A DNA stretch of 64,000 nt, taken from the NCBI GenBank assembly GCA_963827235.1, contig CAWHAE010000010.1:896001-960000 (forward strand), given 5' to 3'. This document shows positions 45,452 through 55,441 of this stretch, one piece after another. The notes beneath the pieces are model-generated. The model was not told where the DNA came from. It was given only the letters and a program-made list of their open reading frames with translations, and did not search any database. Each line of letters starts with the position of its first letter. Within the stretch, counting starts at the first letter, position 1. The stretch comes from an uncultured bacterium (lineage in GTDB: Bacteria; Chloroflexota; UBA5177; JANWHV01). The position numbers and the translations under genes were made by a program.

Positions 45452-46362
45452 GCTCGCTCGACCCTCTTTCGCAGATCGCGCAGGCGACCGACCGCTCCGT
45501 CGAGATCCAGATCATTCGCCGGCTCAGTCGAGGCCGCAAAGCGCCGGCGGATGCTGTCCTGCAGGTGAAGCACCGGGCGAGGCTGGACCCTGGTCCTCGC
45601 TGGACCGCCGGCCGGTCGCACCACCCGGCGGACTACCTGCTGCACCAGAGAGTCGCCTCCGTCCGCGCTCTGCGCCTCGGACAGCTCGGTGATGAACGAG
45701 GGCAGCTCGTCGCTCGACGATGGCGGCGCGGCGCTGAACGCGGGCTGCTCCGCGCCCGTTGGCTGCTGCTCTGCACCTATGGCAATATCAGGCAGCATAG
45801 GAAGTGTTCGCTTGTGCGCGTAGCGGGCGCGGAGCCGCTCGACTTCGTCCTGATCGGCAATGGTCGTGATCGGGCTTACGCCCGACGCGGACACACCGAC
45901 CACAACGATGCTCTCGCCGAGATCGAGTAAGCAGACCCTGTGCTTGTCGCCGAGCGACTCCGTGTGCAGAACCATGGGCCGGGCTTTCCCTGGGCCCGGC
46001 TGCCGGCCTCCAGGCATGACGAGCTTCAGGACGCGCAGGCATGCGAAGAGCAGGATGAGGACGATGGCGAACTTGGCGCTGAGCATGAGTATCGAACCAC
46101 CGTCGAAGCTCACCGGCCCGCTCGAATCGGGCAGGCTGTAGGGTGCAACGCTCAGCTGGCCGGCAGTCCGGCCGCCGTCGCTGCGCGATCCAGCCTTCTG
46201 TATCGGCGTCGCGACGGCGCCATGTATGCTGCCGTCATGCGCTGCGGCGACGGCGTGCGCGCTCAGTGCGCCGGCAGCGGCCCCGACCGGGCAGGCATTG
46301 AAGCCCCAGCACATCAGCGAAAGCGTGAGCACCGCGCCGAGGGCGAGCCCCTGCCGTCTCAT
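45448..46362 (-). CDS. fliO: FliO/FliZ family flagellar protein
   Basis: Signal peptide, TM, then FliO-like LG....V.L......VVGV....I; directly upstream of fliP. Confidence 0.8.
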   Translation of the reverse strand: MRRQGLALGAVLTLSLMCWGFNACPVGAAAGALSAHAVAAAHDGSIHGAVATPIQKAGSRSDGGRTAGQLSVAPYSLPDSSGPVSFDGGSILMLSAKFAIVLILLFACLRVLKLVMPGGRQPGPGKARPMVLHTESLGDKHRVCLLDLGESIVVVGVSASGVSPITTIADQDEVERLRARYAHKRTLPMLPDIAIGAEQQPTGAEQPAFSAAPPSSSDELPSFITELSEAQSADGGDSLVQQVVRRVVRPAGGPARTRVQPRPVLHLQDSIRRRFAASTEPANDLDLDGAVGRLRDLRKRVERA

Positions 46363-47396
46363 GGTCTACCTCGAACAATCTCGGAGATGCGGACACCAAA
46401 ACTCTCATCGACTATCACGACTTCGCCGCGGGCGATGAGCTGGTCATTTACCAGAACGTCCACCGGCTCACCGGCCAGCCTGTCCAGCTCCACGACCGAA
46501 CCGTTGCCGAGAGCAAGGACCTCTCGCACGGACAGCGTGGCATGGCCCAGCTCGACCGACACTCTGAGCTGTACGTCCCGAATCAGATCGATATTGCTGG
46601 AGCGGCCGGCGGGCTGATCGGGCCCAAGCTGCTGGAATTGCACGCTCTGCACGGAGGACTGCGGCTGGGCAGGGCCGCGCGGTGCAGGCGCCGCGCGCTG
46701 CTCTTGAGCGGCTGTGTTCGCGAACGACGTCGCCGGAGCGGGCGCGGTATATGCCGGTTGTGCGGGCTGCAGGGGCGGCGCGCTGGGCGCCGCCGGCGCC
46801 GCGCCTTCCTTGTCGATGCCAAGCAGCGCCTGCTCACCGGTCTGACCGATTATCGCCTGCATGTGGCTGACTTCGCCGGTGTCGGTCGTGATCTCGAGGT
46901 GCAGACTGTACAGCGTTTCCTCGGCGGCCATCCCGGGCGGCATGTCGCAGTGCAGCTGGCCGGCCGGGTCCGGAGCGATGGGATCGAGATTAGCCAACCA
47001 CGCGCGAGGAGCAGGCTGGAACCACGGCAGGTCCGCGGCCAACGTGTCGACGAACGAGCTGATGATGTCTCCAAGACGAAGCAGCGCATCGGCAGCCAGG
47101 ATCTCTCCACCGTCCGGCGTGCCCAGGGCGAAAAGCTCAGACAGCTCATGCGCATCCGCCAGCACGACCACGCTGTGCATGACGTCCTTGGGGTGCTCGA
47201 ACTGCAACTCGATGAGCACATTGAGCTCGACGATCGCGAGGTCGCTCATCGAGACCGCGTCGCGGCTGCTCAGCGACACGGTCAGCTTCCGGTCTGCAAC
47301 CCCAGCCAGCACGTCCTGGCTAGAGCGGTGAAGCTGAGCAATAGCCTGGCTTGCCGACAGCGAAATGAGGTACTCCGGCTGCGCTTCTTTGATCAT
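46359..47396 (-). CDS. fliN: Flagellar switch protein FliN/FliY (long form, C-terminal SpoA domain)
   Basis: C-terminal NIDLI.DV.L.VSVELG, GSVVELDRLAGEPVD, GEVV.VDE.FGVRI; extended N-terminal domain. Confidence 0.9.
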   Translation of the reverse strand: MIKEAQPEYLISLSASQAIAQLHRSSQDVLAGVADRKLTVSLSSRDAVSMSDLAIVELNVLIELQFEHPKDVMHSVVVLADAHELSELFALGTPDGGEILAADALLRLGDIISSFVDTLAADLPWFQPAPRAWLANLDPIAPDPAGQLHCDMPPGMAAEETLYSLHLEITTDTGEVSHMQAIIGQTGEQALLGIDKEGAAPAAPSAPPLQPAQPAYTAPAPATSFANTAAQEQRAAPAPRGPAQPQSSVQSVQFQQLGPDQPAGRSSNIDLIRDVQLRVSVELGHATLSVREVLALGNGSVVELDRLAGEPVDVLVNDQLIARGEVVIVDESFGVRISEIVRGRP

Positions 47397-48391
47397 TGCA
47401 GACTCTCATCCGGCACTATCCCGACGATCTGGACGCCGACGCCATGTCGTCGCAGCCCAGGCCGAGCGTAAAAGGTCGGCTTGTTGTTGACGGTTACTAT
47501 CAGTGGATCGGATGCCAGCCCGTCGAGGCGCAGAATGTCGTCGACCTGCAGATTGACCACCTCGCCAAGCGCTAGCTCCGTCGTGCCGAGCAATACGTTA
47601 AGCGGCACGTTGACTCGATTGAGACGTTGAGGTGCCTCGGCCAGCTCCTGCTCCGTGGCCTGATCGCGCGGCCCAGCTGCAAACACGGTCTGCACGTTCA
47701 GCTCGGGAGCGATAGGTTCCAGAACGGGATAAGGGATGCACATGCTCATCGTAGTCGACCGTCCAAGCGCCCGGAGATCGAAGAGCAGCAGCAACACCGG
47801 CTCAGTCACCGGGGCGATCTGCAAGAAGCGAGGCGTGTACTCGAGCCGCATCAGCCTGGTCTCGAGTGGCATCACATGCTCCCACGCCACGGTGAAGGCA
47901 GAGATGAATACGCCGGATATTGCCTGAAGCAGCACGTCTTCGATCTCGGTCACCTCACGGTCGTGAGGGGCCGCGATTCCTGCCCCTCCCAGCAACCGGT
48001 CGAGCATGATGAACGCCGTTTCGAGGTCGTACTCGAATACGAACGTCCCGGGTAGCGGCGCGGCGGTCATGAGGGTGAGCAGTGTCGTCGAGGCAAGCCC
48101 CTTCGCGTATTCGTCGAACACCGCCTGCTGAAGCGACACGAGAGCCACGTGCACTTGCGTTCGCATCATCGTCGAGAGGTTGTGCGTCGCGTCACGGGCG
48201 AACCCTTCAAACACGAGCTGCAGAGCACGAAGCTGCTCCTTCGACAGCTTGCTGGGATGCCTGAAGTCGTAGGCCCGTACGGAGTGAAACTTCTCCTCTT
48301 GAGCGAACGAGGTGTCCGTCTTGCCCATGGCCTGGGCAAGCAGAGAATCAATTACATTCTGAGTAAGAATGTCGTCGGCCACTCCAGCCAT
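47393..48391 (-). CDS. fliM: Flagellar motor switch protein FliM
   Basis: ILTQ..IDSLL, YDFR.P.K.SKEQLR, DRLLGG.G, RE.TEIE, CIPY..LEPI. Confidence 0.96.
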   Translation of the reverse strand: MAGVADDILTQNVIDSLLAQAMGKTDTSFAQEEKFHSVRAYDFRHPSKLSKEQLRALQLVFEGFARDATHNLSTMMRTQVHVALVSLQQAVFDEYAKGLASTTLLTLMTAAPLPGTFVFEYDLETAFIMLDRLLGGAGIAAPHDREVTEIEDVLLQAISGVFISAFTVAWEHVMPLETRLMRLEYTPRFLQIAPVTEPVLLLLFDLRALGRSTTMSMCIPYPVLEPIAPELNVQTVFAAGPRDQATEQELAEAPQRLNRVNVPLNVLLGTTELALGEVVNLQVDDILRLDGLASDPLIVTVNNKPTFYARPGLRRHGVGVQIVGIVPDESLQ

Positions 48392-48418
48392 CCCCTTGAG
48401 ACTACTAGGGCTTTCGAA

Positions 48419-49117
48419 TCAGGTTTGCGGGTAAAGCACGATGATGTCGGCATGGCGATTCTTCGCCCTGCCCGCGGCAGTTTCGTTCGACGCCAACGGA
48501 TGGTATTGGCCAAGTCCCATGGCCTGCAGGCGAGGGGGCTTGATGCCGTTGCTGGCGAAGAACTGCACGATGGAGACCGCACGCATCGCCGAGAGCTCCC
48601 AGTTCGACATCTGGGGCTGGAGCTCGCTATCCGTGTTGCCCTGCACTCGCACGTCGTTGGGCATTGGCTTGAGCGCCGTGGCGATGCCCTTCAACAGAAC
48701 AGCGGACTCGGGCTTGAGCGTCCAGCCGCCAGGGTAGAAGAGCACGTCTCCTGAAATGCTGATCAACACGCCGTCCCTCGCGGTGCCGACCGTCAGCACG
48801 TTCTGCTGCAGGCCGACCATCCTTGCCACCTTCGCCAGCTCGCTCTTCAGCTGCTGGGCCAGGTTCTTTGCGCCCTTAACGGGCCCGCTCTGTTGCTGGT
48901 TACTCCCGGGCGTACCGCCCAGGGTAACGAGCTGAAAGCTGCCGTTGTTGAAGGCCTGACGGAGGGCGCCGGTGAGATCCTCGAACTTCCTGGCGTCGAC
49001 CGTGGACATGGAGTACATGAGTACGAAGAAGATCATGAGCAGGGTGATGAGGTCGGAGTAAGTGAGCACCCAGCGATCGCTGTTCTCCTTGACGACCTTT
49101 GCCTTCTTGGCTCTCAT
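48419..49117 (-). CDS. motB: Flagellar stator MotB
   Basis: RWVLTYSDLITLLMIFFV TM with conserved Asp; OmpA-like G.TD, NWELS..RA, R.KN. Confidence 0.95.
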   Translation of the reverse strand: MRAKKAKVVKENSDRWVLTYSDLITLLMIFFVLMYSMSTVDARKFEDLTGALRQAFNNGSFQLVTLGGTPGSNQQQSGPVKGAKNLAQQLKSELAKVARMVGLQQNVLTVGTARDGVLISISGDVLFYPGGWTLKPESAVLLKGIATALKPMPNDVRVQGNTDSELQPQMSNWELSAMRAVSIVQFFASNGIKPPRLQAMGLGQYHPLASNETAAGRAKNRHADIIVLYPQT

Positions 49118-49120
49118 CGA

Positions 49121-49969
49121 CTACGCCCCTGCCTTGGAAGGAGCCCCGGCCGCCCCGGCTGCCGCGGGCGCAGCCTGCGGAGCCGCCGCTTCCTTCTTGC
49201 CCTTCTTCCCGCTCACCGGCGCGAGGTACCCGGCCAGCTTGTCTTCGACGATTCGCGGGTTATCGCCGTTCTGGATGGCCTCAACGCCGTCAATGATCAG
49301 GGCATCCATCTCTGCCTCGGTGGCCGACCGCCGCTTCAGCTTCGTGGCCACGGGTAGCCAAAGGAGGTTGGCCGAGCCGACGCCGTAGAGCGTCGCCGTA
49401 AAGGCCACCGCGATGGAGCCGGCAAGCTCGGCTGCGTTGCTAATGTGAGCGAGAATGCGAATCAGTCCAAGCACGGTTCCCAGGATGCCCAGCGTCGGTG
49501 CGTAGCCACCGAGCGCCTCGAAGAGGGCGATTCCCACCTCATGACGTGCCTCGCGCGCCGACACTTCAATCTCGAGCACCGACTTGACGACCTCGGGGTC
49601 CGTGCCGTCGACCACGAGACCAATCCCTTTCTTGAGCAGCTGATGGTCGATGCCGGCAACCTCCTGCTCGAGAGCCAAGAGCCCTTCCTTGCGCGCCCGG
49701 CCGGCCAGCTGTACGAACTGCTGCACCAGCGGTCTAGCATCGGTGGCAGGCTCCTTGAACGCGAAACCGATGAGCTTCGGCATTCGCTTCACCACGGAGA
49801 GGGGAAACGACACGAATGCGACGCCGAGCGTGCCTCCGAACACGACCATGCCGGCCGAGATATTGACATACGCGAAAAGGCTGCCGCCATCGATGAGGAT
49901 GGAACCGCATATACCGCCGAGCGCCAGAACAAACCCGATTAGGGTTGCCTTGTCGAGCTTGCGTTTCAT
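49121..49969 (-). CDS. motA: Flagellar stator MotA
   Basis: V.GGT, ARKEGLLALE, VDG, GGYAPTLGILGTVLGLI, AF.ATLYG. Confidence 0.96.
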   Translation of the reverse strand: MKRKLDKATLIGFVLALGGICGSILIDGGSLFAYVNISAGMVVFGGTLGVAFVSFPLSVVKRMPKLIGFAFKEPATDARPLVQQFVQLAGRARKEGLLALEQEVAGIDHQLLKKGIGLVVDGTDPEVVKSVLEIEVSAREARHEVGIALFEALGGYAPTLGILGTVLGLIRILAHISNAAELAGSIAVAFTATLYGVGSANLLWLPVATKLKRRSATEAEMDALIIDGVEAIQNGDNPRIVEDKLAGYLAPVSGKKGKKEAAAPQAAPAAAGAAGAPSKAGA

Positions 49970-50166
49970 ACCGCTTCACCGATCGGCGTGCAAGACTGCT
50001 GGCGGAAGCTGAGCAACTGTTGCATGATGCTCTCTGCCGACTCCCGGACTACCAGATGGTGGCCGTTGGTCAGCGTGATCACCGTGTCCGGTGTCTGCTC
50101 CATGATCTCGATCAGGTTGGCATTCAGGACGAAGCGAGTTCCATCAAATCGGGTTAGCCAGAGCAT
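49966..50166 (-). CDS. flbD: Flagellar FlbD family protein
   Basis: LTR.DG...LN..LIE.....PDTVITLTNG....V.ES; SD AAGGAG. Confidence 0.92.
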   Translation of the reverse strand: MLWLTRFDGTRFVLNANLIEIMEQTPDTVITLTNGHHLVVRESAESIMQQLLSFRQQSCTPIGEAV

Positions 50167-50301
50167 CGGACCGCACTCCTTCATGAACCGCTGACAGTGT
50201 AGTTGCGTGGCGCGCATCGCCCCAAGCAATTGCGCAGGACGCCTACGAGCGCCGTGCACCGATGGCGGCTCTGAATCAGCACCGGCCGTGATGTCGTAGC
50301 G

Positions 50302-51200
50302 TCAAGTCTGTTGCTTGACATGCTCGTCGATTGCCACGAGGTTGCTAATCACGACAACACGCTGGGAATCGATGCCCACCGGGTAACAGCTGATGAGCGT
50401 GGCGATCGGCTCGTCCGTGTGGTCGAGCACCCTCACGTCCGTCGGGGCAACCAGGTCGCGAGCCGTCACTACATAGGTGAAGCGAGTCGTGTCGCGGGAG
50501 AACTCCACGACGTCGCCGACCTGCAGTCTGGCGAGATTGCGGAAGATACAGTCCTGGATGTCGTCATGTCCGTAGACGACATAGTTGTCCCAGGTGCCGA
50601 GCCTGGCCGTATAGCTCAGGTGCGTCAGGGCGTAGCCGGGCGCGATGATCATGTTTCCCTGACTGTCGACGCCACGGTCGTAAACCGGCGCCCGAATCCC
50701 GAGCCGTGGTATAGACACCGTGACACCGCCGGGGCCGGCCGGCGCTACACTTGGATGCGCGTCGCAGTGCATCCAAGGAAAGCTCTGAGGAGGCTGTGCG
50801 GGCGCAGACCGGGCAACGTCTGCGGCCAGGCAGGCTCGGGGCCGTGGCTACGCGCGGCTTCGCGGCAACAATGCTAGCGGCCTGGGTTGGCCGAGAAACC
50901 GGGCTGTCGCAGGTTGCCCCATGAGCAGCGGGTGCGCGCGCCGTGAGACGGGGGCTGGTGCGGAAGATCGCGAGGACGCCGTTCCAGCGCCGGGACCGAG
51001 ACTTACGCCTCCAATCCACACGCCCAGACAATCATCATGCCGAAAGCTACCGCAGCAAAAACCCTGCGCACCTGGTATGCTCCTTGCGACGACGCGCCAC
51101 GATATGGCTCGACCGGAGCCTGCCGATCGCAGGATAGCCACGCAGAAGCGGACGCCGATAAGCCCGGCCGAAGGCTGAGCCTCGTCGCACTCACTGGCAT
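50302..51200 (-). pseudogene. Sortase; catalytic domain intact (50302-50772) but separated from its N-terminal TM anchor by an in-frame TAG (50848-50850) and a frameshift near 51027
   Basis: IPRLGI, VVYGHD (His), F..L..L..GD, TLISCYP (Cys), QRVVV (Arg); upstream frames rejoin to give VFAAVAFGMMIVLGVWIGG plus a Pro/Ala linker. Confidence 0.75.
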
Positions 51201-51572
51201 ACATCAGCGGTGTTTGGCTCTCAATCCCCCGATCTGCTCGCCGGTCGCTCGCCGCGCGACCTGCCTCTCCAGCCGGTACCAGCGCATCTGCGGGTTACGC
51301 AGCGTCAGAGCGCGCTGCTTGGGCCGGATTTTGCGCGCTGCAGTGCTCGGCGGGGACACATCACCTTCGCCCGTCGGAGGCCGGGCGAATCGATACAACC
51401 CGGAGCCTGCAGCGCGGATCCCACCTATCTACCGGTGGGCCTGCCAGCGCGACAAACGAGGCTCGTCGATGCCGTGCGACCCGAAACGTGACACGGATTG
51501 CCGGAGCCAAGTACCATAGGAGATGACAAGCTACGTTAGAGGAGTATGGGCTTTCTTTGAGGCGGTTGCCGT

Positions 51573-52634
51573 ATGGAAACACGGTTCAGAGCCAAAGAAC
51601 CCAGCCCGCATCTCTCTCGCCGGCCACCCGTCGATCCGGCAAAGCGGCAGCGTGGATTCAGCCCCCGCATTCCGAGCCCGCTGCAGGTTGCCTGGGGATC
51701 GCTGGGTGCGGCTGTGCTTCTGGTGATCGTGCTTGGCGTGAACATGATCGTCTCTCAGGGATCGTCCACCTCGACCATCCCGATCATGCGCACTCCGACG
51801 CCACTCGCCGTTCAACGCGTGGCCGTTCCGACCACCGTGGCGGCATCGGGCCTGACCGCGCATGCTTGCATTCGCTACAACCCGCTGCACGGCAACCAGC
51901 ATCACGTCGTGTTCATCGATCCCGGTCACGGCGGCGTCGACACGGGAACGTCGGGCCCCACGACGACCGGCAAGAAGCTGTATGAAAAGAACGTCACGCT
52001 CGCCGTTGCTCTCGCCACGCTGCCCATTTTGCGCGACCAGGGCTACACTGTCGTGCTCTCCAGGAATGCCGATACGCTGGTCAGCCGTACGACCGCTGCC
52101 GACTTTGCCGGCACCACGCTTACGGCAAGCGCCGAGCGCAAGGACGCCCAGGCACGCGTGGCGTGCGCGAACAGCGTGCGGGCTGAAGCGCTGATCATCA
52201 TTCACCTCAACGCATATGCCGATCCCACCACCAACGGGGCCGAGACGGTATACGACGGCTCGCGCTCGTTCCACGCGGCGAGCGAGCGTCTTGCCGATCT
52301 GATCCAGCGCGACGTAGTGTCCCAGTTCAGGAGCGCGGGCTGGCCGGTGCCGGATAACGGCGTCACCGACGATAGAGCGGCAGCCAGCCAGGCACCGACC
52401 GCCGGAGCGGGCGCCGAAGAGCACCTCCTTGAGCTCGGGCCATCCGGACCTAACGGGCTGCAGCAGCCGAGCACGATGCCCGGGGCGCTCGCCGAGCCGC
52501 TGTTCATCACGCATCCCGCTGAGGCCGACGTGGCCATCGATCCGAAGGGCGTGCACGCCATGGCAGCCGGATTAGCCGAGGCCGTAGGCGAGTTCTTCGG
52601 CTCCAAGGTGCCGGCTGGAACCGCCACGCCCTGA
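51573..52634 (+). CDS. N-acetylmuramoyl-L-alanine amidase (Amidase_3), membrane-anchored
   Basis: TM, then IDPGHGG.D.G, EK...L, IHLNA, E..FI motifs. Confidence 0.92.
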   Translation: METRFRAKEPSPHLSRRPPVDPAKRQRGFSPRIPSPLQVAWGSLGAAVLLVIVLGVNMIVSQGSSTSTIPIMRTPTPLAVQRVAVPTTVAASGLTAHACIRYNPLHGNQHHVVFIDPGHGGVDTGTSGPTTTGKKLYEKNVTLAVALATLPILRDQGYTVVLSRNADTLVSRTTAADFAGTTLTASAERKDAQARVACANSVRAEALIIIHLNAYADPTTNGAETVYDGSRSFHAASERLADLIQRDVVSQFRSAGWPVPDNGVTDDRAAASQAPTAGAGAEEHLLELGPSGPNGLQQPSTMPGALAEPLFITHPAEADVAIDPKGVHAMAAGLAEAVGEFFGSKVPAGTATP

Positions 52635-52670
52635 GCGCGGCAGGACCGCCGCGACCAGGGCCAGGCCGGC

Positions 52671-54506
52671 TCAGAGGCTCAACGCGTGCACAAATGTATC
52701 CGTGAAATTGGCGTGCGTAGTGAGCTCGATGTACTGCGACCGGCGCGCGATCTCGAGCGCGTGTGCCCGTCGCTCGCGCGAGACGAGCAGGTGCTCGGCT
52801 CCCCGACCGGCGGCATTGCCCACCTGCCGGAATCGCTCGCGGGGAAGATCCGGCATCATGCCGATGCGGATGGCGCTGCCGATGTCCAGATACGTGCCGA
52901 ACGCCCCTGCCACCACCACTTCTTCGACGTCCTCGGCCTGGATGCCCGCCGCCTCCAGCAATATGTCGGCACCTGTGCGAATCGCACCCTTGGCCAGCTG
53001 AATCTCGTTGACGTCCGATCGAGTGAACACGACATCTCGTCCGTGCCCCGATAGCCGGGCAGGGACCACCAGACAGGCAAGTCCACCGCTCGCCCGGTGC
53101 ACGAGCGGATGAGTCTTGGAAAGTGCGCCGCGACTGTCGATGATACCGGCGGTCACACCTTCGGCCACCGCATCGAGGATCCCCGAGCCGCACAGGCCGA
53201 CCGGGCGCACCTCGCCGATCGCATGGACGAGAAAGCCGCCGTCGTGATAGCGGACGCGCTCGATGGCGCCGGGCACGGCCCGCATGCCGTCGTGGATGTG
53301 GGCTCCCTCGAATGCCGGTCCGGATGCCGTCGAGCAGGTCCACAGAGCACCGCCATGTGCCAGGCTTATCTCCGTGTTGGTTCCCACGTCCATGGCCAGC
53401 ACCGTTCGATCGGCGTCGCAGACACCGGTGGCGAGGAGCATCGACACGTGATCCGCGCCGACGTATCCGGCGATGTTCGGTGGCAAGTACAATGTCGCGG
53501 CCGGCGCGAGATGAATGCCGACGTCGAGGGCATAAAGGTCGAGCGGCTCAGCCACCGCGGCGACATAGGGCGCTTCTCCAAGCTGGCGCACCGGCAGGCC
53601 GACGACCAGGTGATGCATGGCAGTATTGCCCACCACGACGGCATCAACGATCTGCGTACGCTTGGTCCCTGCTTGCGTGCAAAGCTCATCTACCAGCCGA
53701 TTGATGCCGTCGATCACGCGCTCGTGCAATACGCGCGCGCCGGCGGCACTGGAGTTGGCATACGTGATGCGGCTCACCACGTCTTCGCCGTAGGCGATCT
53801 GGGGATTCATCGCGCCCGCGCGAGCCACGGTCTCCCCGGAGGAAAGGTCCACAAGGTAGCCTGCAACCTTGGTCGTGCCCACGTCGACTGCCAAGCCGAG
53901 CATAGCCGTGTTCTGCGGTAGAATCGCCACCACTTCCGGGAGCGCCCGCGCGCGATTCACACCCACGCGCGCAAGCCAGTGCTGCTCGCGCAGCGTCTCG
54001 GAACACGATCTGAGCACATTGATGCCGAGTACGGGTGCGGGTGACTGGGCATGTACGAGGGCGTCGATCAGCCTCCTGGCGTCGGAGCGCAGGTCTCGGA
54101 GGATCGGCGGCTCGACAGCGACGTCAAACGCCGAAACGGGCGGATCCACGGTGACGTCGACCGCTTGACCCTCCACCTGCAGCCGCTGCGTCGCGGTCAG
54201 CGAGTCGGGCGGGATGTCGACCCGTACGTCCCCCAGGGCTTTCGCCTGGCAGGCAAGGCGCATACCGGACAGGACTTCAGGCTCGGTGAGCAGGTCTTCT
54301 TCCACGCTGTTGGGAGCTGAGAGCTCGCCGCCAACGTGCCGCACCCGGCAGCTTCCGCAGGTGCCGTTGCCGCCGCAAATCGCCACCAGCTCGACGCCGG
54401 CTGTCTGGGCAGCTTCGAGAATAGTCGTGCCCTTGCGGACCAGCGCGCGACGGCCGGTAGGCTGCAGGTCGACACTCGCGGCGCTTGTGGATTGCGAATC
54501 AGCCAT
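52671..54506 (-). CDS. 2Fe-2S + ASKHA domain reductive activator of corrinoid proteins (RACo/RamA/AcsV family)
   Basis: CGG.G.CG.C...RLACQ ferredoxin; D.GTT, NPQ..YG.DV.SR, VGNTAMHHL, G.VGAD, D.GTN.E, GPAFEG, G.CGSG, QLAK.AI, AGAFG, GNAA. Confidence 0.93.
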   Translation of the reverse strand: MADSQSTSAASVDLQPTGRRALVRKGTTILEAAQTAGVELVAICGGNGTCGSCRVRHVGGELSAPNSVEEDLLTEPEVLSGMRLACQAKALGDVRVDIPPDSLTATQRLQVEGQAVDVTVDPPVSAFDVAVEPPILRDLRSDARRLIDALVHAQSPAPVLGINVLRSCSETLREQHWLARVGVNRARALPEVVAILPQNTAMLGLAVDVGTTKVAGYLVDLSSGETVARAGAMNPQIAYGEDVVSRITYANSSAAGARVLHERVIDGINRLVDELCTQAGTKRTQIVDAVVVGNTAMHHLVVGLPVRQLGEAPYVAAVAEPLDLYALDVGIHLAPAATLYLPPNIAGYVGADHVSMLLATGVCDADRTVLAMDVGTNTEISLAHGGALWTCSTASGPAFEGAHIHDGMRAVPGAIERVRYHDGGFLVHAIGEVRPVGLCGSGILDAVAEGVTAGIIDSRGALSKTHPLVHRASGGLACLVVPARLSGHGRDVVFTRSDVNEIQLAKGAIRTGADILLEAAGIQAEDVEEVVVAGAFGTYLDIGSAIRIGMMPDLPRERFRQVGNAAGRGAEHLLVSRERRAHALEIARRSQYIELTTHANFTDTFVHALSL

Positions 54507-55035
54507 TGATGTCCCCTCTACGTCGGCGTGACGTGTCTCCCCTTCCGCGCTACCCCGGGGGATCGCTCTCAACATGAACAACGGCAAGCCGGCATCTCCC
54601 AGGCATGGCCGCCATCCGCAGCAACTCCCGAGCCGGACCGCCGCGCACGCGGCACCGCCGGGCTGGAGCCCGGCGAGCTCCAGGCTCTGCGAGATGCGCC
54701 CACCTAAGTAGTACCAGGTAAGGCAGTCTGCCACGTCGACCGAGCATCCGATCGCCGATTCGACAGGAACTCGCCAGACACCCGCCGGTCAACAGAGCGC
54801 CGGACGCCCCGGCATCGTCCGTCCAGAGACGACGAGATCCGAGCCACGGACAATACTATGCCCGTCCACGCCTCTCGGCGAAGTCGCTGCCCTCCCAAGC
54901 AGACTCTACAGCAGTAGGATAGTTCCGGATCGCGGGCTGCTGCAATGGAGGGTGGAGGGAAAACGGCGCGAGCTCGGATCGGGTGCTGCCGGCATGCCTC
55001 AGCCAAGGACCGTCACGCCGGAACCGCGAATCCTC

Positions 55036-55218
55036 TCAATGGCACCAAAGGAAGCGCATAGACACCCACAGAGCCAGGCAGGCACAGCCAAAGTACCCCA
55101 TCCATGGCCCAATGCCGGCGCCAAACAAGGGCGACATCAGAGCGAGCACTGCTTCCGTACCGAGGGCGACGGCAAGGAGCACGTTTGGCACTTCCACGAT
55201 GTTGTCCGGCTCGACCAT
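55036..55218 (-). CDS. Small two-TM hypothetical protein
   Basis: MVEPDNIVEVPNVLLAVALGTEAVLAL...YFGCACLALWVSMRFLWCH; purine-rich SD-like upstream. Confidence 0.4.
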   Translation of the reverse strand: MVEPDNIVEVPNVLLAVALGTEAVLALMSPLFGAGIGPWMGYFGCACLALWVSMRFLWCH

Positions 55219-55441
55219 CCTACGCTTCCTCTCGCCCGATGACTCGACGACCAGTTCTCTGCACACTTACAATAGCGCAACAATGCCCCCGCGTCGAGAG
55301 GTATCATCCGCCTTGTCCGGCGTACACCACGCCGGCCGAGAGCCCGGTGTACCATCGTATCCGTCGCGCTCCAGCAGAAGCGCAGCGATCGGGGATGGGC
55401 CGTCGGGGGAAGTTTCGGACGCCTACGGCGAGGAGGTCAGC

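Noticed and set aside
50848-50850. Pyrrolysine read-through of the sortase TAG, prompted by the nearby RamA/RACo-like gene
   Set aside because: No pyl genes or tRNA in the window, many genes end normally in TAG, and a frameshift would still be needed
54507-55000. Cobalamin riboswitch upstream of the RACo gene
   Set aside because: Could not find the B12-box or GCCACTG/GGGAAG core by eye
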